Shown: positions 61,885 to 64,000 of the stretch, piece after piece | Layout: every line of letters begins with the position of its first letter | Position numbering within the stretch: the first letter of the stretch is position 1 | Assembly (NCBI GenBank): GCA_003971905.1 | Contig: RSEE01000009.1 | Coordinates: 124,001 to 188,000 of the forward strand | Direction of reading: 5' to 3' | DNA from: Moniliella sp. 'wahieum' | Lineage: Eukaryota | Length of the DNA stretch: 64,000 nt | The notes under the pieces: generated by a model | Seen by the model: the letters and a program-made list of their open reading frames with translations, nothing else | The model's database searches: none | Told to the model about the DNA's origin: nothing | Translations under genes and position numbers: made by a program

Positions 61885-63443
61885 ATGTCCCCAGACGGTG
61901 CAGTGCACGAAAAACTGCCTTTCGCGCCCACTGGGAGGTCGACAAGGCAGTTGGTGGAGGATAAGGCTGGACCAGGGCTGCACACGAACCAGCGCAGCAC
62001 CTCGACTACACCAAGTACATTTCCGACCTGGCCCTGAACTGGCCCCTCGGTTCCATCCGGGGGCTCTTCAAGCCGACCAGCTGAAGGGCAAACTTTCGTT
62101 TGGGGGCGGGCTGCCAGCGTCCGAGTTGTTTGCCTTCAAAGGGCTCACCATCTCGGTCCCTGACAGGGAGGATGGGTCAACCTCACCCAACTCACGATCG
62201 AGGACAAGGTCCTCCAGGGCCTGCAATATGGTCCGGCCGACGGACCTCCATCCTTCACGACTGGTTGTAAAGCACACCTCGCTCGCTCACAACCGGCCCA
62301 TCTATACCGCCCCGCCACGGCAAGTCCACCCCCACACCCCTTGGGGGATTGCGTTTGGGGCTGGAACAAGACGTGATGACAAGTGTTCAAAAACCTTGTT
62401 GAACAAGGGGGACACCATCTTGGTGGAGGCCCACTATCCGTACGTCCCCCCCTTTTTTTCCCCTCCTCTCGTGGTCCCACTAACAACATTTTTTTAGCGG
62501 TGTTCTTCCTTGATCCTGACTATTGGTGCCGATCCTCACCCGGTTCCTACCGATGCGGGTGGACTGAGTCATGTCGGACTCGAGGCAACGCTGGCCAACT
62601 GGTACACTGCTCTGAAACAAAGCACAAGCGGTTCCCCAAAGCCATCTACACGGTTCCCGTGGGTGGAAATCCTTCTGGTACCTCTGCCACGACCCAGCGC
62701 AAGCGCCACATCCTCTCCCTCACGCGCAAGTACGGGTTGATCATCATCGAAGATGACCCGTACTACTATCTCGCTTTGACCAAGCCTGGGGGTTGACGAC
62801 CCGGTGACCCGGCCGCGCACCAATCGTATTTCTCCCTCGAGCAAGAAGACATTGAGATTTGGGGCGACGGTCGTGTGGTGCGGATGGACTCGTTTAGCAA
62901 GATTGTCTCGGCTGGCATGCGGGTGGGGTACGTGACGGGGCCGAAAGAAGTGATTGAGGCGCTGGACACGGTAGGTACCGCGTCCAGCATGCAAGCCAGC
63001 GGTCCCGCCGCGGCCATGACTGCCACCTTGTTGCAGTATTGGGGCGAGGAAGGGTTTTTGCGTTCGTGCGATCGCGCGGCTCTGTTCTACCGCAACAAGC
63101 GGGACGAGTTGAGCAGGTGGCCAGCGAGATCCTGGGCGAAAAGAGTGGGAAGGAACTGGCTTCGTGGGTCACCCCCGCGGCAGGTATGTTTCTGGCTCAA
63201 GTTGAAACTACCGCCAACCAAGGAGAGTGCAGAAGGGGACGCCAAGGCGTTCATCCAGTACGCTCTGGATCGTGGTGTGGTGGCCGTCCCAGGTTTCCTC
63301 TTCTACCCGGACCAACGCGTCTCGCCTTACCTCCGTGTGTCGTTCAGTCAGGTTGCGATGCGGCGATGGCCAAGAAAGGCCTAACCATGCTGAAACTCGC
63401 GATTGAGGATACGTGGGCGGCAGCGGGCTTGTCGCCCCCCTAG
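61885..63443 (+). CDS. PLP-dependent class I aminotransferase, Aro8/2-aminoadipate transaminase-like; intron 62440-62497
   Basis: SIRGLF..LSFGGGLP; LQYGP.DG; PKAIYTVPVGGNPSG; IIIEDDPYYYL; VVRMDSFSKIVSAGMRVG (PLP lysine); VAVPG..F; YLRVSFS. Confidence 0.9.
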
Positions 63444-64000
63444 GTGTGCTTTGTTGCTTGTGAGGTTTCCTCTGCTTTGCTAGGCTCGGCCCGTCACATC
63501 TGTGCATTGAATTGATGTCGGCTTTACAGTTACCGTTCAAAAACAAAACAAAACCATGCGAATTCTTCCTACAGCGATAGTCTACAAAAAGGCATCTACA
63601 GAGTCAAGAGGTTGGTTGGAAGGGCAAATGAATACCAAGGAAGAGGGTTAATAAGGTAGCAGAATGTCCCCAAATAGATTGATTGCCCCTGGGAACCGCG
63701 GAGGGGTGAACTAACAACGCGCGAGATGGACAGTCAAATGGGACAGGGGACGGTGGGAGAGGGGGAGAGGGGGAGGGGGGAAGTGCTGTGCCATGCACCT
63801 ACTGGGCGCAGCTCACCTGGAACAGTTTTTTTTTTTCTCGTGTCAGGAGGCACAAGAGCGGAGAGCGGTCCAAAGACGCTCGACATATTGCATAAGTGTC
63901 GTACGGGACGCAAGGGCTGGAACCTGTCAAGCCAACTTGGTCTCCTCGAGCTTCTCCTCCACCTCCTTGGTAGCCAGTGCCTCCCAAGGAGTACGCCCGG

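Overview
Eukaryotic, GC-rich, intron-poor fungal DNA. Gene families and short GT...CTAAC/CTGAC...AG introns point to a basidiomycete, possibly Ustilaginomycotina (inference). Nearly every gene, including housekeeping genes, is broken by 1-bp frameshifts, best explained by an unpolished long-read assembly, so CDS ends are approximate. Recognisable content: tRNA-Thr(CGT), Cpd1-like 2H phosphodiesterase, coiled-coil/FN3-like protein, CUE protein, Pab2, BTP histone-fold protein, a degenerate GHITM/BI-1 gene, MFS monocarboxylate-type transporter, Ivy1-like, Bqt4-like APSES, Snt1, a MARVEL-like protein, Gcv1, Ash2/Bre2, Opy2-like, a 4-TM protein and an Aro8-like aminotransferase. A lower-GC accessory block (~20.3-27.9 kb) holds the 3' part of a CRE-type RLE retrotransposon, three copies of an ~80-bp repeat, an intronless ascomycete-looking DUF1399 gene, an intron-containing tRNA-Ser(CGA) and a DUF2828 fragment. 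The most striking unexplained signal is more than 20 intergenic 7-bp duplications centred on TNA, usually TNA-[4-bp palindrome]-TNA. One is visible as a de novo +7 insertion in one of the three repeat copies. They resemble hairpin-type transposon excision footprints.
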